A stretch of 64,000 nucleotides of DNA from Bacteroidota bacterium (GTDB lineage: Bacteria > Bacteroidota > Bacteroidia > Flavobacteriales > UBA7312): NCBI GenBank assembly GCA_036340235.1, contig JAYYZE010000029.1, positions 2,041 to 66,040 of the forward strand, written 5' to 3'. Both the position numbers and the translations under genes were made by a program. Positions within the stretch are counted from its first letter, which is position 1, and each line of letters opens with the position of its first letter. The notes under the pieces were generated by a model that was not told the DNA's origin, made no database searches, and worked only from the letters and a program-made list of their open reading frames with translations. Below are positions 42,385-52,123 of the stretch, in pieces.

Positions 42385-43971
42385 ATGAATATTGAAAAAT
42401 TCAAATCTCTTTACGATTTGGGAATTTCAAACACCACCCTCCACTGGAACTTATCCTCTAAAGAACTCACTGCCATTAGTGTTAAAAAATACAATGCCAA
42501 ACTCAGTAGTTTTGGGGCTATGGCTGTTAACACTGGTGAGTTTACCGGCCGTTCACCAAAAGATAGATTTATTGTTAAGGACAGTCTAACTGAGGACACC
42601 ATTTGGTGGGGAGATGTTAATATCCCTTTCAGTCAAGAACATTTTAAAAAACTATACCAAAAAGTAGTTGACTATATTTCAGACAAAACTCTTTTTGTTA
42701 GAGACGTCTATGCTTGTGCTGACGAAACTCATCGTCTAAACATTCGTGTTGTTAATGAATATCCTTGGTCTAATTTGTTTGTTCACAATATGTTTCTAAG
42801 ACCAACAATAGAGGAGTTGGAAAATTTCAATCCTGATTGGTCTATCATAAATGTGCCATCCTTCATGGCAAATCCTGAAGTTGATGGTACCCGTCAACAC
42901 AACTTTGCCATTATAAACTTTAGCGAAAAGGTAATATTAATTGGCGGAACAGGCTATACTGGGGAAATTAAAAAAGGGATTTTCTCAGTCCTGAATTTTA
43001 TACTCCCACATGAAAAGAATATCTTATCAATGCATTGCTCAGCCAATGTTGGAAAAGAGAATGACACAGCCGTATTTTTTGGCCTTTCAGGAACAGGAAA
43101 AACAACCCTTTCTGCCGATCCTGATAGACAACTTATAGGTGACGACGAGCACGGATGGAGTGACAACACGGTTTTTAACTTTGAAGGTGGTTGTTATGCC
43201 AAATGTATTGACCTTTCGGAAGAAAAAGAACCCGATATTTTTGCGGCAATTAAAGCTGGGGCGCTATTAGAAAACGTTATTTTCAAGAAAAATACCAACA
43301 TAGTTGACTTTGAAGATGGAAGTATCACTGAAAATACACGAGTCAGTTACCCCATTAATTATATTTCTAACATTAAAATCCCATCGATTGGTTCATCACC
43401 GAAAAATATATTTTTCTTAACCTGCGATGCTTTCGGTGTGTTACCTCCTATTTCAAAGCTAAGCACTGGACAAGCCATGTACCATTTCATTTCTGGCTAC
43501 ACGGCTAAAGTAGCTGGTACTGAAGAAGGAATAACGGAACCTAGTACTACTTTTTCGGCATGCTTTGGTGAGCCCTTTCTTCCATTACACCCTACTAAGT
43601 ACGCTGAACTTTTAGGTGAAAAAATGATCACAAACAAAGTAAATGTTTGGTTAATTAATACTGGTTGGACAGGCGGACAGTATGGTGTTGGTAAACGCAT
43701 AAGCTTGAAAAATACTCGTGCATTGATAAATGCCGCTTTAGATGGAAAACTAGAGCAAGTTGAGTATCGTAGGCAACCATTATTTAAGCTACACATTCCT
43801 ACTGAATGCGATGGGGTTCCTTATGAGATTTTAAATCCTAGAAACACTTGGAGCGACACAACAGCATACGATGCTAAAGCAAAAGAGTTGGCAATAGCAT
43901 TTAACTCAAATTTTGAGAAGTTTAAATCGTTTGCTAGTCAAGAAATTCTGGATGGTGCACCTGAAATTTAA
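42385..43971 (+). CDS. pckA: Phosphoenolpyruvate carboxykinase (ATP)
   Basis: TGRSPKDRF, GEIKKG, MHCSAN, FFGLSGTGKTTLS, IGDDEHGW, FNFEGGCYAK. Confidence 0.98.
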   Translation: MNIEKFKSLYDLGISNTTLHWNLSSKELTAISVKKYNAKLSSFGAMAVNTGEFTGRSPKDRFIVKDSLTEDTIWWGDVNIPFSQEHFKKLYQKVVDYISDKTLFVRDVYACADETHRLNIRVVNEYPWSNLFVHNMFLRPTIEELENFNPDWSIINVPSFMANPEVDGTRQHNFAIINFSEKVILIGGTGYTGEIKKGIFSVLNFILPHEKNILSMHCSANVGKENDTAVFFGLSGTGKTTLSADPDRQLIGDDEHGWSDNTVFNFEGGCYAKCIDLSEEKEPDIFAAIKAGALLENVIFKKNTNIVDFEDGSITENTRVSYPINYISNIKIPSIGSSPKNIFFLTCDAFGVLPPISKLSTGQAMYHFISGYTAKVAGTEEGITEPSTTFSACFGEPFLPLHPTKYAELLGEKMITNKVNVWLINTGWTGGQYGVGKRISLKNTRALINAALDGKLEQVEYRRQPLFKLHIPTECDGVPYEILNPRNTWSDTTAYDAKAKELAIAFNSNFEKFKSFASQEILDGAPEI

Positions 43972-43986
43972 TAAAACACATAACAA

Positions 43987-44014
43987 AAAAACCCATTCAA
44001 TTGAATGGGTTTTT
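43987..44014. terminator. Bidirectional intrinsic terminator between pckA and rpmE2
   Basis: Perfect 28-bp palindrome AAAAACCCATTCAATTGAATGGGTTTTT between convergent genes. Confidence 0.88.
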
Positions 44015-44036
44015 ATTATGATGATTAGTGAAAAAT

Positions 44037-44288
44037 CTATTGTTTCTTTGCGTACTTATTTTTGAATTTATCAATTCTACCAGCCGTATCAACTAATTTC
44101 ATTTTACCTGTATAGTAAGGATGAGAATCAGATGAAATTTCCATTTTTATCAATGGATATTCATTACCATCTTCCCACTTGACTGAGTCTTTAGAGTTAG
44201 CCGTGGATTTAGTCAAAATAGAAAAACCAGTGGAAATGTCCTGCATGACGACTAATCTGTAATTTTCCGGATGAATATCTTTCTTCAT
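44037..44288 (-). CDS. rpmE2: 50S ribosomal protein L31 type B (no zinc cysteines)
   Basis: [33 protein letters not shown]. Confidence 0.95.
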   Translation of the reverse strand: MKKDIHPENYRLVVMQDISTGFSILTKSTANSKDSVKWEDGNEYPLIKMEISSDSHPYYTGKMKLVDTAGRIDKFKNKYAKKQ

Positions 44289-44307
44289 TTTTAAATAATT
44301 TGGATTG

Positions 44308-44315
44308 CAAATATA
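44308..44315 (-). promoter_or_regulatory. -7 box for rpmE2
   Basis: TATATTTG on the minus strand, 19 nt upstream of the ATG. Confidence 0.7.
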
Positions 44316-44386
44316 ATCACTTAAACTAAACTGACAAACTCAGGATTTAAATTAAATACTAATTGAGTTGCATTGAACGTTTATTC

Positions 44387-44394
44387 TATATTTG
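44387..44394 (+). promoter_or_regulatory. -7 box for the beta-helix lipoprotein gene
   Basis: TATATTTG ending 8 nt before ATG 44403. Confidence 0.65.
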
Positions 44395-44402
44395 TACATA
44401 GT

Positions 44403-45878
44403 ATGTTTGTAAGAAATCTAGCTATCATAGTTTTTTTTGTTATTACCTTCTCCGCATGCAAAAAAGAGTTTTTTGAGGATAGCGGCCCTGGTCTATTATC
44501 CTTTTCCAATGATTCAATTTTATTCGATACTATTTTCGCTAGTGTAGGAAGTGCTACTCAAAAGTTTTTAGTTTATAATCGTAATTCAAACCCTCTAACA
44601 GTAGAAAATATACGGCTAGTCAATAACAACCCCAACAACAATTTGTATCGAATTAACATTGACGGTCAGCCCTTAGAAAATAGTCAAAATTTAAAAATCG
44701 CCTCTGAAGACAGTATGTTCGTTTTTGTTGAAGTCACCATCAATCCCAATAATGCCAATTTGCCGTTTTTGGTAACTAATCAGCTGGAATTTACAACTAA
44801 CAATACAAAACAGTCTGTTGAACTAGTGGCGTATGGTCGAAATGCGCATTTCTACACCCCTCAAGAAAATCTATTCATTGGCGAGAAAGACACAGTCAAC
44901 TTTTCCTATTTTTCAATTAAAGATAATACCACTTGGACAAATGACTTACCTCACGTTATTTACGGCTATGTTATAGTTGAGCCTAATGCTACCCTTACTA
45001 TTGAAGAAGGAACTAAACTTTATTTTCACGCAAATTCTGGTATTATTGTTGGAAATCCAATTTACGGTTCTTCCAACGATGGCGGAACGCTCATCGTCAA
45101 TGGAGAGTTAGGCAATGAAGTGGTTTTTCAAGGTGATCGATTAGAACAATGGTATGCCGATGCCCCTGGTCAGTGGAGCCAAATATGGATGACCCAAGGA
45201 AGCACAAATAATTCCATTAACTATGCCATCATAAGAAATGCCACAGTAGGTATAAAAGTGGATACTCTTGGTAATTCCACCAACCCCACTCTTTCTATTA
45301 GCAATACCATTATTGAAAATATGAGTGACATTGGGCTATTTGCTCAGGGAAGTCAGGTTGTAGGACACAATAACGTTATAAAAAATTGTGGTCGCTACGC
45401 CTTGGTTTTAAACATTGGTGGCGACTATGAATTTACACATTGTACTTTTGCTAACTTCTACCCTTACGGCGCAAGAAACACACCATCAATTCTTATAAAC
45501 AACTATTACGAAGATGTTAATGGAAATATTCAAATCAGAGATTTGAATAGAGCAAACTTTACCAACTGCATCATCGATGGAAATTTAGACCATGAACTCG
45601 AACTGCAAAGTAACCCCTCGGGTAATTTCAATTATTTTTTCGAAAATTGTTTACTTCAACTAGGATTAGATTCGTCTATCACTAAATACAATCAAGAAAG
45701 TAGTTTGAAAATAGATAATCAAATGACCATTTTTGAAGATGTCAATGAGGGAAATCTCTACCTATCTGACGAATCAGCAGCAGTAGACGCTGGAATTGTA
45801 ACACCATTTAGCGTAGATATAGAAGGAGAAGCTAGGGATGGTATGCCAGATATCGGCGCCTACGAAAAAGCGAACTAA
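44403..45878 (+). CDS. Lipoprotein with an Ig-like region, right-handed parallel beta-helix and choice-of-anchor-Q-like tail
   Basis: Lipobox FSAC, LSFSNDSILFDTIF, FQGDRLE..Y...PGQW, repeated N/H-C-T/I motifs, C-terminal DIEGEARDGMPDIGAYE. Confidence 0.75.
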   Translation: MFVRNLAIIVFFVITFSACKKEFFEDSGPGLLSFSNDSILFDTIFASVGSATQKFLVYNRNSNPLTVENIRLVNNNPNNNLYRINIDGQPLENSQNLKIASEDSMFVFVEVTINPNNANLPFLVTNQLEFTTNNTKQSVELVAYGRNAHFYTPQENLFIGEKDTVNFSYFSIKDNTTWTNDLPHVIYGYVIVEPNATLTIEEGTKLYFHANSGIIVGNPIYGSSNDGGTLIVNGELGNEVVFQGDRLEQWYADAPGQWSQIWMTQGSTNNSINYAIIRNATVGIKVDTLGNSTNPTLSISNTIIENMSDIGLFAQGSQVVGHNNVIKNCGRYALVLNIGGDYEFTHCTFANFYPYGARNTPSILINNYYEDVNGNIQIRDLNRANFTNCIIDGNLDHELELQSNPSGNFNYFFENCLLQLGLDSSITKYNQESSLKIDNQMTIFEDVNEGNLYLSDESAAVDAGIVTPFSVDIEGEARDGMPDIGAYEKAN

Positions 45879-46870
45879 ATCCTTTCCAAAAACGAAAGGG
45901 TATCAACGCCATCGGCAAATTCATAAAATTTAGGAAATTGAGTCCGGCCAAATTGCAGGTGGTGACTGCTTACTACGCATTGTATATGTGAGTCGTTTTC
46001 GTCTATGTTTTTTAATATTTCATCATAACTTTCGTATGATTCATAGTGTAAAACACTTACAGGCGAATGCCATGAACTATCTTCCTTTACCAATAAAAAA
46101 CCGTTATCTAAAAAAGAATGATTGGCTAACAAATACATGGCTTTGTGATAATCATAATTATTAGCGTATTTGTGGTGATTTATTATATCCTTGTAATCAA
46201 AAAACGCTTCAAATAAGTTATCAAATTTGTAGTTTATGGGAACAAATATTTTAGTAACACTTCTACATCCCAAACCAAAATACATGAATACGTCTTTTGC
46301 TAATGCTTTAAGTTGATCTAAACGTTCGCTACCATCTAGTATGGCAACTGATGTTCTACTTTTCCTCAACAAATTGGGATAGCCCTTAAAATAGGTTTGA
46401 AACTGACTAAATGAATGATTACTACCAGTAGCTATTACTGCATCGAAAGGCTTGTTTATTTTTTCAACAAACTTGAATTGATGGGCGTACGTTGAATCAG
46501 CCTCCTTTATCAAATCAATAATTATTGGTATTAGAAAACGATCTTTAGACGATAGCTTTACCTGTGCAATATGGCCAGAAATAAAGACACACAGCAAATC
46601 ATGCAAACCCACCATTGGAATATTACCCGCCATTATAATTGACACTGTTTTTTGTTTATTTTGCACAAAGGAATAATTGGCAAGACAGTGTTGTCGCATT
46701 TGGGGGTTTAGCTGTTGGGCATGTGCCAACATAGCGTGTCTAATATTTTCGTCCGTGAACCAAGGATTATCTATGCATGACTGTCTAATTGCTTTTTCCC
46801 AATATTCCTCTTCACTAGTTGCTAAACGCTGTACTATCTCTGCAACGCAATTAATTCTGTTTTCAATCAT
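45875..46870 (-). CDS. Acyl-CoA reductase (LuxC-like, ALDH fold)
   Basis: NPWFT, IMAGNIPMVGLHD, KLSSKD, IATGSN, catalytic YFGLGCRSV. Confidence 0.88.
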   Translation of the reverse strand: MIENRINCVAEIVQRLATSEEEYWEKAIRQSCIDNPWFTDENIRHAMLAHAQQLNPQMRQHCLANYSFVQNKQKTVSIIMAGNIPMVGLHDLLCVFISGHIAQVKLSSKDRFLIPIIIDLIKEADSTYAHQFKFVEKINKPFDAVIATGSNHSFSQFQTYFKGYPNLLRKSRTSVAILDGSERLDQLKALAKDVFMYFGLGCRSVTKIFVPINYKFDNLFEAFFDYKDIINHHKYANNYDYHKAMYLLANHSFLDNGFLLVKEDSSWHSPVSVLHYESYESYDEILKNIDENDSHIQCVVSSHHLQFGRTQFPKFYEFADGVDTLSFLERI

Positions 46871-46880
46871 CTTTTCTTGC

Positions 46881-46901
46881 TATATTTGTACCACAAAATT
46901 A
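46881..46901. promoter_or_regulatory. Face-to-face -7 boxes (candidate bidirectional promoter) for the luxC-like gene and the ferredoxin
   Basis: TATATTTG (+, 46881-46888)-N5-CAAAATTA (TAATTTTG on -, 46894-46901). Confidence 0.65.
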
Positions 46902-46925
46902 ACCATTAACTTTTTTTTAAAAAAA

Positions 46926-47273
46926 ATGGCAATAAAAATTACTGACGAATGCATCAACTGTGGGGCTTGTGAGCCAGAATGTCCGAACAATGCTATATAT
47001 GAAGGTGGCATGGAGTGGCATTTTTCTGATGGGACAACTCTTAATGGTATGATTTCCCCAAAAAGTGGTGGTGAATACGATGCTAATGCTCCGCAAGATC
47101 CCAAAGACTTTGACGTTTACTATATAGTAACCGACAAATGCACAGAATGCATGGGTTTCCATGAAGAACCACAGTGCGCTGCTGTATGCCCTGTTGATTG
47201 TTGTGTAGCTGATGAAGATAACGTTGAGTCAGAAAGTGAATTGCTTGACAAAAAAGATTTTCTTCATTCATAA
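46926..47273 (+). CDS. 2[4Fe-4S] ferredoxin (YfhL-like)
   Basis: MAIKITDECINCGACEPECP and CTECMGFHEEPQCAAVCPVDCC; true start is ATG 46926. Confidence 0.94.
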   Translation: MAIKITDECINCGACEPECPNNAIYEGGMEWHFSDGTTLNGMISPKSGGEYDANAPQDPKDFDVYYIVTDKCTECMGFHEEPQCAAVCPVDCCVADEDNVESESELLDKKDFLHS

Positions 47274-47279
47274 TCAATA

Positions 47280-48164
47280 ATGTTTTACCTAAAAGTACCC
47301 TTTCTCTTAAAGCTGTTACTAGCGTGTACTTTTTTATCAAACAATGTCTTTTCACAAAAAATTAACTTTTTAGATTACGAACGTCGGTTACTTGAGGTAG
47401 CACCTTTATTGGCTAATGGCCAAAATGATATTGAAAAACGACAAGCACATGACGACTTTTTAAATCTATGGGATGAAGTTATTGATCATCCTAAATCAAT
47501 GAAATTTCCTTTCGACTCTCTAAAATTATATGTACCAATTCTTACTAGCAAGAATAAAAAACTACGAATAATAAACTGGTACACACCTCTTGAAAACGGT
47601 ATTTACAATTATTACGCCATTGTTCAATATTACGATTCCAAAGGCAACTATCAAGTGAAAAGATTAGATCCAATTCAAGGCGAAGTCAAAAATTCAAATT
47701 CACTTAAACTCACAGATAACCAGTGGATAGGTGCTCTATATTATCATATGTCAAGCTTTAAAAGAGGAAAAAAAACATACTACTTATTGCTAGGTTGGGA
47801 TGGTCATAACGAACGTAGTAACAAAAAAATAATGGATGTGTTATCAATATCTAAAACAATTGTTTTCGGTGCTCCCATATTTAGGTACAAAAAACAAAGA
47901 CTTCATCGTTTTATTTTAGAATATAAGGAAGATGCTGCCGTATCAGTTCGCTTTTCCGAAAAAAAACAATCTATATTCTTCCCTAAACTTATTCCAATTG
48001 ATGACAATTTTGAAGGGCTTTACGATTATTACGTTCCCGACGGAAGTATTAACGCATTTGAACTTATCAATGGCTCTTTCAAGTTTAAAGAAAATGTAGA
48101 GAATCCGTTTAAAGTCACTCTGCCAAAAATCAAAAAAATTGATAAAGGATTGTTTTCAGAATGA
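47280..48164 (+). CDS. Secreted hypothetical protein
   Basis: Signal peptide ending FSQ; WIGALYY, YLLLGWDG, SNKKIMDVL, FGAPIF, YVPDGS. Confidence 0.75.
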   Translation: MFYLKVPFLLKLLLACTFLSNNVFSQKINFLDYERRLLEVAPLLANGQNDIEKRQAHDDFLNLWDEVIDHPKSMKFPFDSLKLYVPILTSKNKKLRIINWYTPLENGIYNYYAIVQYYDSKGNYQVKRLDPIQGEVKNSNSLKLTDNQWIGALYYHMSSFKRGKKTYYLLLGWDGHNERSNKKIMDVLSISKTIVFGAPIFRYKKQRLHRFILEYKEDAAVSVRFSEKKQSIFFPKLIPIDDNFEGLYDYYVPDGSINAFELINGSFKFKENVENPFKVTLPKIKKIDKGLFSE

Positions 48165-48209
48165 TAAAAAATACTCATTTTTGCACCTTACCATATTACA
48201 AAAGTAATC

Positions 48210-49265
48210 ATGCATAATTTCAGCGCCGGGCCTTGCATATTGCCACAAGAAGTTTTCAGAGAAGCAGCCTCCTCTATTCTTAATTTCAATAACCTTGATT
48301 TATCACTTATAGAAATTTCTCATCGTAGCAAAGATTTTGTTACTGTGATGGATGAAGCCATTGAATTAGTAAAAGAACTGTTAGCAATTCCTGAAGGATA
48401 CTCAGTCCTTTTTTTGCAAGGTGGTGCCAGAATGGAGTTTTTAATGGTGGCCAACAATTTGATGACCATTAATGGAAAAGCTGCCTATCTTGACACTGGC
48501 TCATGGTCTTCAAAAGCCATTAAAGAAGCAAAACTGTTTGGAGATACTATTGTTGTGGCAAGCTCTAAAGATAAAAATTACAGCTACATTCCCAAGGACT
48601 ACACTATTCCTAGCGACATCGACTACTTTCATTGCACTTCCAACAATACCATTTATGGCACCCAAATAAAAGACTTTCCAGCAACTGACTCATTGGTGGT
48701 ATGCGATATGTCATCTGATATTTTTAGCAGAAAAATTAATGTCTCCGATTTCGACCTGATTTATGCAGGCGCTCAAAAAAATTTAGGTCCTGCTGGTACT
48801 ACTTTAGTTATTGTTAGAGATGAAATACTGGGGCATACAAATAGGCAGATTCCAACAATGTTAGATTACCAAACGCACATTGACAAAGGTAGCATGTTTA
48901 ATACGCCACCTGTTTTTTCCATTTATGTTAGCATGCTTACCCTAAGATGGCTAAAAAAGAATGGAGGCATAGACTGGGTTGAAAAAAGAAATATTGAAAA
49001 AGCAAATCTAATCTATAACTGTATTGACAAAAGCGCCATTTTCGAAGGTAGCGCAGCTGCAGGAGATCGGTCCAACATGAATGCTACATTTTTGCTAAAA
49101 GAACAATTATTGGAAGACACATTCAACAAACGTTGCTTGGAAGAAGGAATTAGTGGTCTAAAAGGCCATCGCTCTGTGGGAGGCTACAGGGCATCTATGT
49201 ACAATGCAATGCCACTAGAAAGTGTGCACGCATTAGTTGAAATTATGACCGAACTAGAACAATAA
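48210..49265 (+). CDS. serC: Phosphoserine aminotransferase
   Basis: HNFSAGP, EISHRS, LQGGA, CDMSSD, YAGAQKNLGPAG, GHRSVGGYRASMYNA. Confidence 0.97.
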   Translation: MHNFSAGPCILPQEVFREAASSILNFNNLDLSLIEISHRSKDFVTVMDEAIELVKELLAIPEGYSVLFLQGGARMEFLMVANNLMTINGKAAYLDTGSWSSKAIKEAKLFGDTIVVASSKDKNYSYIPKDYTIPSDIDYFHCTSNNTIYGTQIKDFPATDSLVVCDMSSDIFSRKINVSDFDLIYAGAQKNLGPAGTTLVIVRDEILGHTNRQIPTMLDYQTHIDKGSMFNTPPVFSIYVSMLTLRWLKKNGGIDWVEKRNIEKANLIYNCIDKSAIFEGSAAAGDRSNMNATFLLKEQLLEDTFNKRCLEEGISGLKGHRSVGGYRASMYNAMPLESVHALVEIMTELEQ

Positions 49266-49271
49266 ATAATT

Positions 49272-50228
49272 ATGAAAACAGTACTCGCTAACGATGGCAT
49301 TTCTCAGCTAGGTATAGATACTTTGGAATCTGCAGGTTTTGAAGTAATTACTCAAAAAGTAGCACAAGAACAATTACCAAATGTCATCAACGAAAAACAA
49401 ATTAGTGTGTTGTTGGTTCGTTCAGCCACCAAAGTAAGGAAAGAACTTATTGACGCTTGCCCAAACTTACAACTTATTGGTCGTGGTGGAGTGGGCATGG
49501 ATAACATAGATGTGGACTATGCCGAAAGTAAAGGCATAGGGGTAATAAATACTCCCGCTGCGTCTTCGGAGTCGGTTGCCGAATTAGTTTTTGCACATCT
49601 GTTCAACCTTGTCCGTTTCGTATATGACTCAAATCGACAGATGCCTCTTGAAGGTGATACTAAATTTAAAGATCTCAAAAAAGCCTACGCTAAAGGGCAA
49701 GAGCTAAAAGGTAAAAAATTGGGAATCATTGGTTTTGGTCGTATAGGTCAGGAAGTAGCAAAGCGTGCCATTGGACTTGGCATGGAGGTAATAGTAAATG
49801 ATAAGTTTATAAAAGACAAAGAGATTGAATTAACCTTCTTTGATGGACAAAAGCTAAGCTTTTACCTAAAAACATCTAGCATAGAAACGGTTCTTCAAAA
49901 TAGCGATTTTATAACACTTCACATTCCAAAACTCTCAGATAAAGCCGTTATTGGTGAAAAAGAAATAAAAATGATGAAAGACAGAGTTGGAATCATCAAC
50001 GCGGCACGTGGTGGTGTTATCGACGAAGAGGCACTCATAAAAGCCATTGAAAAAGGAAAAGTAATGGCTGCAGGGCTCGATGTGTTTGACAATGAACCCA
50101 CACCTAGCATCAAACTATTGATGCTTCAAAACGTTTCGCTAACCCCTCACATAGGTGCTGCTACGAACGAAGCACAAAACAGAATCGGAAAAGAATTAGC
50201 TGATAAAATCATTTCTCATTTCGAATAA
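49272..50228 (+). CDS. serA: D-3-phosphoglycerate dehydrogenase (short form, no ACT domain)
   Basis: VRSATKV, GRGGVGMDNID, GFGRIG, NAARGG, LTPHIGAAT; follows serC. Confidence 0.88.
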   Translation: MKTVLANDGISQLGIDTLESAGFEVITQKVAQEQLPNVINEKQISVLLVRSATKVRKELIDACPNLQLIGRGGVGMDNIDVDYAESKGIGVINTPAASSESVAELVFAHLFNLVRFVYDSNRQMPLEGDTKFKDLKKAYAKGQELKGKKLGIIGFGRIGQEVAKRAIGLGMEVIVNDKFIKDKEIELTFFDGQKLSFYLKTSSIETVLQNSDFITLHIPKLSDKAVIGEKEIKMMKDRVGIINAARGGVIDEEALIKAIEKGKVMAAGLDVFDNEPTPSIKLLMLQNVSLTPHIGAATNEAQNRIGKELADKIISHFE

Positions 50229-50249
50229 TTGGTAATGTAAAATAATGCG

Positions 50250-51476
50250 ATGGCAAACATAGCTCCATTCAAAGCAATTCGCCCCACAAGAGACAAAGCA
50301 TCTCTTGTTGCCAGTCGCTCTTATATTACTTACAGCAAAGAATGCCTTAGAGATAAACTTGCTAACAATCCGTACACTTTTTTACATATCATTAAACCGG
50401 ACGCAAATGCTAAAATACAAGCAAACGGTGTTGAGAAATTCAAACTTATAAAATCTAAATTCATAAGCTTCATCAAAAAAGGTGTTTTGAAAAGAGATCT
50501 TCAAAAGACGTTTTACATTTATCAGAAAATTAATGACAATGGCTTTGCTTTTACTGGAATTGTAGGTGCAGCCAGCGTGGAAGATTATTTGAACAAAACA
50601 ATAAAAATACACGAACAAACAATAAAAAAGAGAGAAATTCTTTTTAAAGATTACTTATCGGTTACTGGTTTCAATGCCGAACCGGTCTTACTAGGCTATC
50701 CAAACCACTCTGTAATTGATAATATTATTGAAGAATATATAAAGCGAAGAGCAGAATACGAGTTCAGTACCACGGATCGAGACAAACACAGTTTGTGGTT
50801 GGTAAACAACAAAGAAGATATAGATAAAATAAGTAACGCTTTTTCGGAAGTTGAGACTATTTATATTGCTGATGGGCATCATCGGTTTGCTTCATCGGCC
50901 CTTCTTTACCAAGAAAATACTACAAAAAACAAGCAAAGAAAAGCTCATTGCATGAGCTATCTAATTGGTGAAGATCAAATTCGTTTTTTGAACTTCAACC
51001 GTCTGGTAAAAGACCTTAACGGCCTATCACCAAGCGAATTTATTTCCAAAGTAAGTAAGCGATTTATAGTTAAAGCAATGAACTCCATTCATCAGCCAAC
51101 TCTTGAAGATGAACTATCAATGTATTGCCATGGACAATGGTACTCACTACTTTTAAACGATAATACCGTAAACCGCAACGACCCAGTAGAAAAACTAGAT
51201 CCAGTGATACTAAATAACACCATTCTAAAACCCATTTTAAATATTACCAATTTACGGACAAACAAACGAATTTCCTTTATTGAAGGAAGCGTATCTTTAA
51301 CATCAATTCAAGAAACAATTGACCGTCAGGACTACGCTGTTGCCTTTATTTTAAAGCCCATTAACTTTCAACAAGTTATGGCAGTGGCTAATGAAGATAA
51401 AACAATGCCACCAAAAAGCACCTATATTCAACCAAAGCTAAGAAGTGGCTTGTTAATTTACGATTTGGAAAGCTAA
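50250..51476 (+). CDS. DUF1015 family protein
   Basis: IAPFKAIRP, IKIHEQT, YIADGHHR, MPPKSTY..PKLRSGL. Confidence 0.92.
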   Translation: MANIAPFKAIRPTRDKASLVASRSYITYSKECLRDKLANNPYTFLHIIKPDANAKIQANGVEKFKLIKSKFISFIKKGVLKRDLQKTFYIYQKINDNGFAFTGIVGAASVEDYLNKTIKIHEQTIKKREILFKDYLSVTGFNAEPVLLGYPNHSVIDNIIEEYIKRRAEYEFSTTDRDKHSLWLVNNKEDIDKISNAFSEVETIYIADGHHRFASSALLYQENTTKNKQRKAHCMSYLIGEDQIRFLNFNRLVKDLNGLSPSEFISKVSKRFIVKAMNSIHQPTLEDELSMYCHGQWYSLLLNDNTVNRNDPVEKLDPVILNNTILKPILNITNLRTNKRISFIEGSVSLTSIQETIDRQDYAVAFILKPINFQQVMAVANEDKTMPPKSTYIQPKLRSGLLIYDLES

Positions 51477-52123
51477 TGAGTATTAACCATCGTCTTTTAA
51501 AGATAATAGACAATATTCCATCAAATGTATCTCTAGTAGCTGTTTCCAAAACAAAAAGCTCCGACCAGATTAGACAAGCCTATGAAGCAGGTCAACGTAT
51601 TTTTGGAGAAAATAAAGTTCAGGAATTAGTAGAAAAAGCCGCTTTACTTCCCAATAATATCCAATGGCACATGATTGGTCATTTACAAACAAATAAGGTT
51701 AAATACATTGCTCCTTTTGTGTCATTGATACAAACAGTAGATTCCAAAAAGTTAATGCTAGAAATAAATAAAAGAGCGCAACAAAATAACAGAACAATTT
51801 GCTGTTTACTTCAATTAAAAGTTGCTAAAGAAGACAGTAAATACGGCCTTTCAAAAGACGAGTTATTCTATTTAAATTCCATGCCACTTCCACATGTTAA
51901 AATAGTTGGAATTATGGGAATGGCCACCAACACCAATAACATTCTAGAGATTCAGTCAGAATTTAAGTATTTAAAGTCCGTGTTTGACCAACTAAACACC
52001 ATAAATCCGCAGATTACTATATTGTCAATGGGTATGAGTGGAGACTACGAAATCGCTATTGATCAAGGTAGTAATATGATTCGCCTTGGCTCATCAATTT
52101 TTGGAAAACGAGCTACTTTGTAG
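51476..52123 (+). CDS. yggS: PLP homeostasis protein YggS/PROSC
   Basis: LVAVSKTK, FGENKVQE, WHMIGHLQTNK, LSMGMSGDY, RLGSSIFG. Confidence 0.95.
   Translation: MSINHRLLKIIDNIPSNVSLVAVSKTKSSDQIRQAYEAGQRIFGENKVQELVEKAALLPNNIQWHMIGHLQTNKVKYIAPFVSLIQTVDSKKLMLEINKRAQQNNRTICCLLQLKVAKEDSKYGLSKDELFYLNSMPLPHVKIVGIMGMATNTNNILEIQSEFKYLKSVFDQLNTINPQITILSMGMSGDYEIAIDQGSNMIRLGSSIFGKRATL

Noticed and set aside
45875..46870. Bioluminescence (lux) operon
   Set aside because: Only a LuxC-like reductase is present; no luxAB, luxD or luxE in the window, and such orphans are common in Bacteroidota
46677..46925. 83-aa N-terminal extension of the ferredoxin in the ORF track
   Set aside because: It overlaps the luxC-like gene and the promoter; the family start MAIKIT is at 46926
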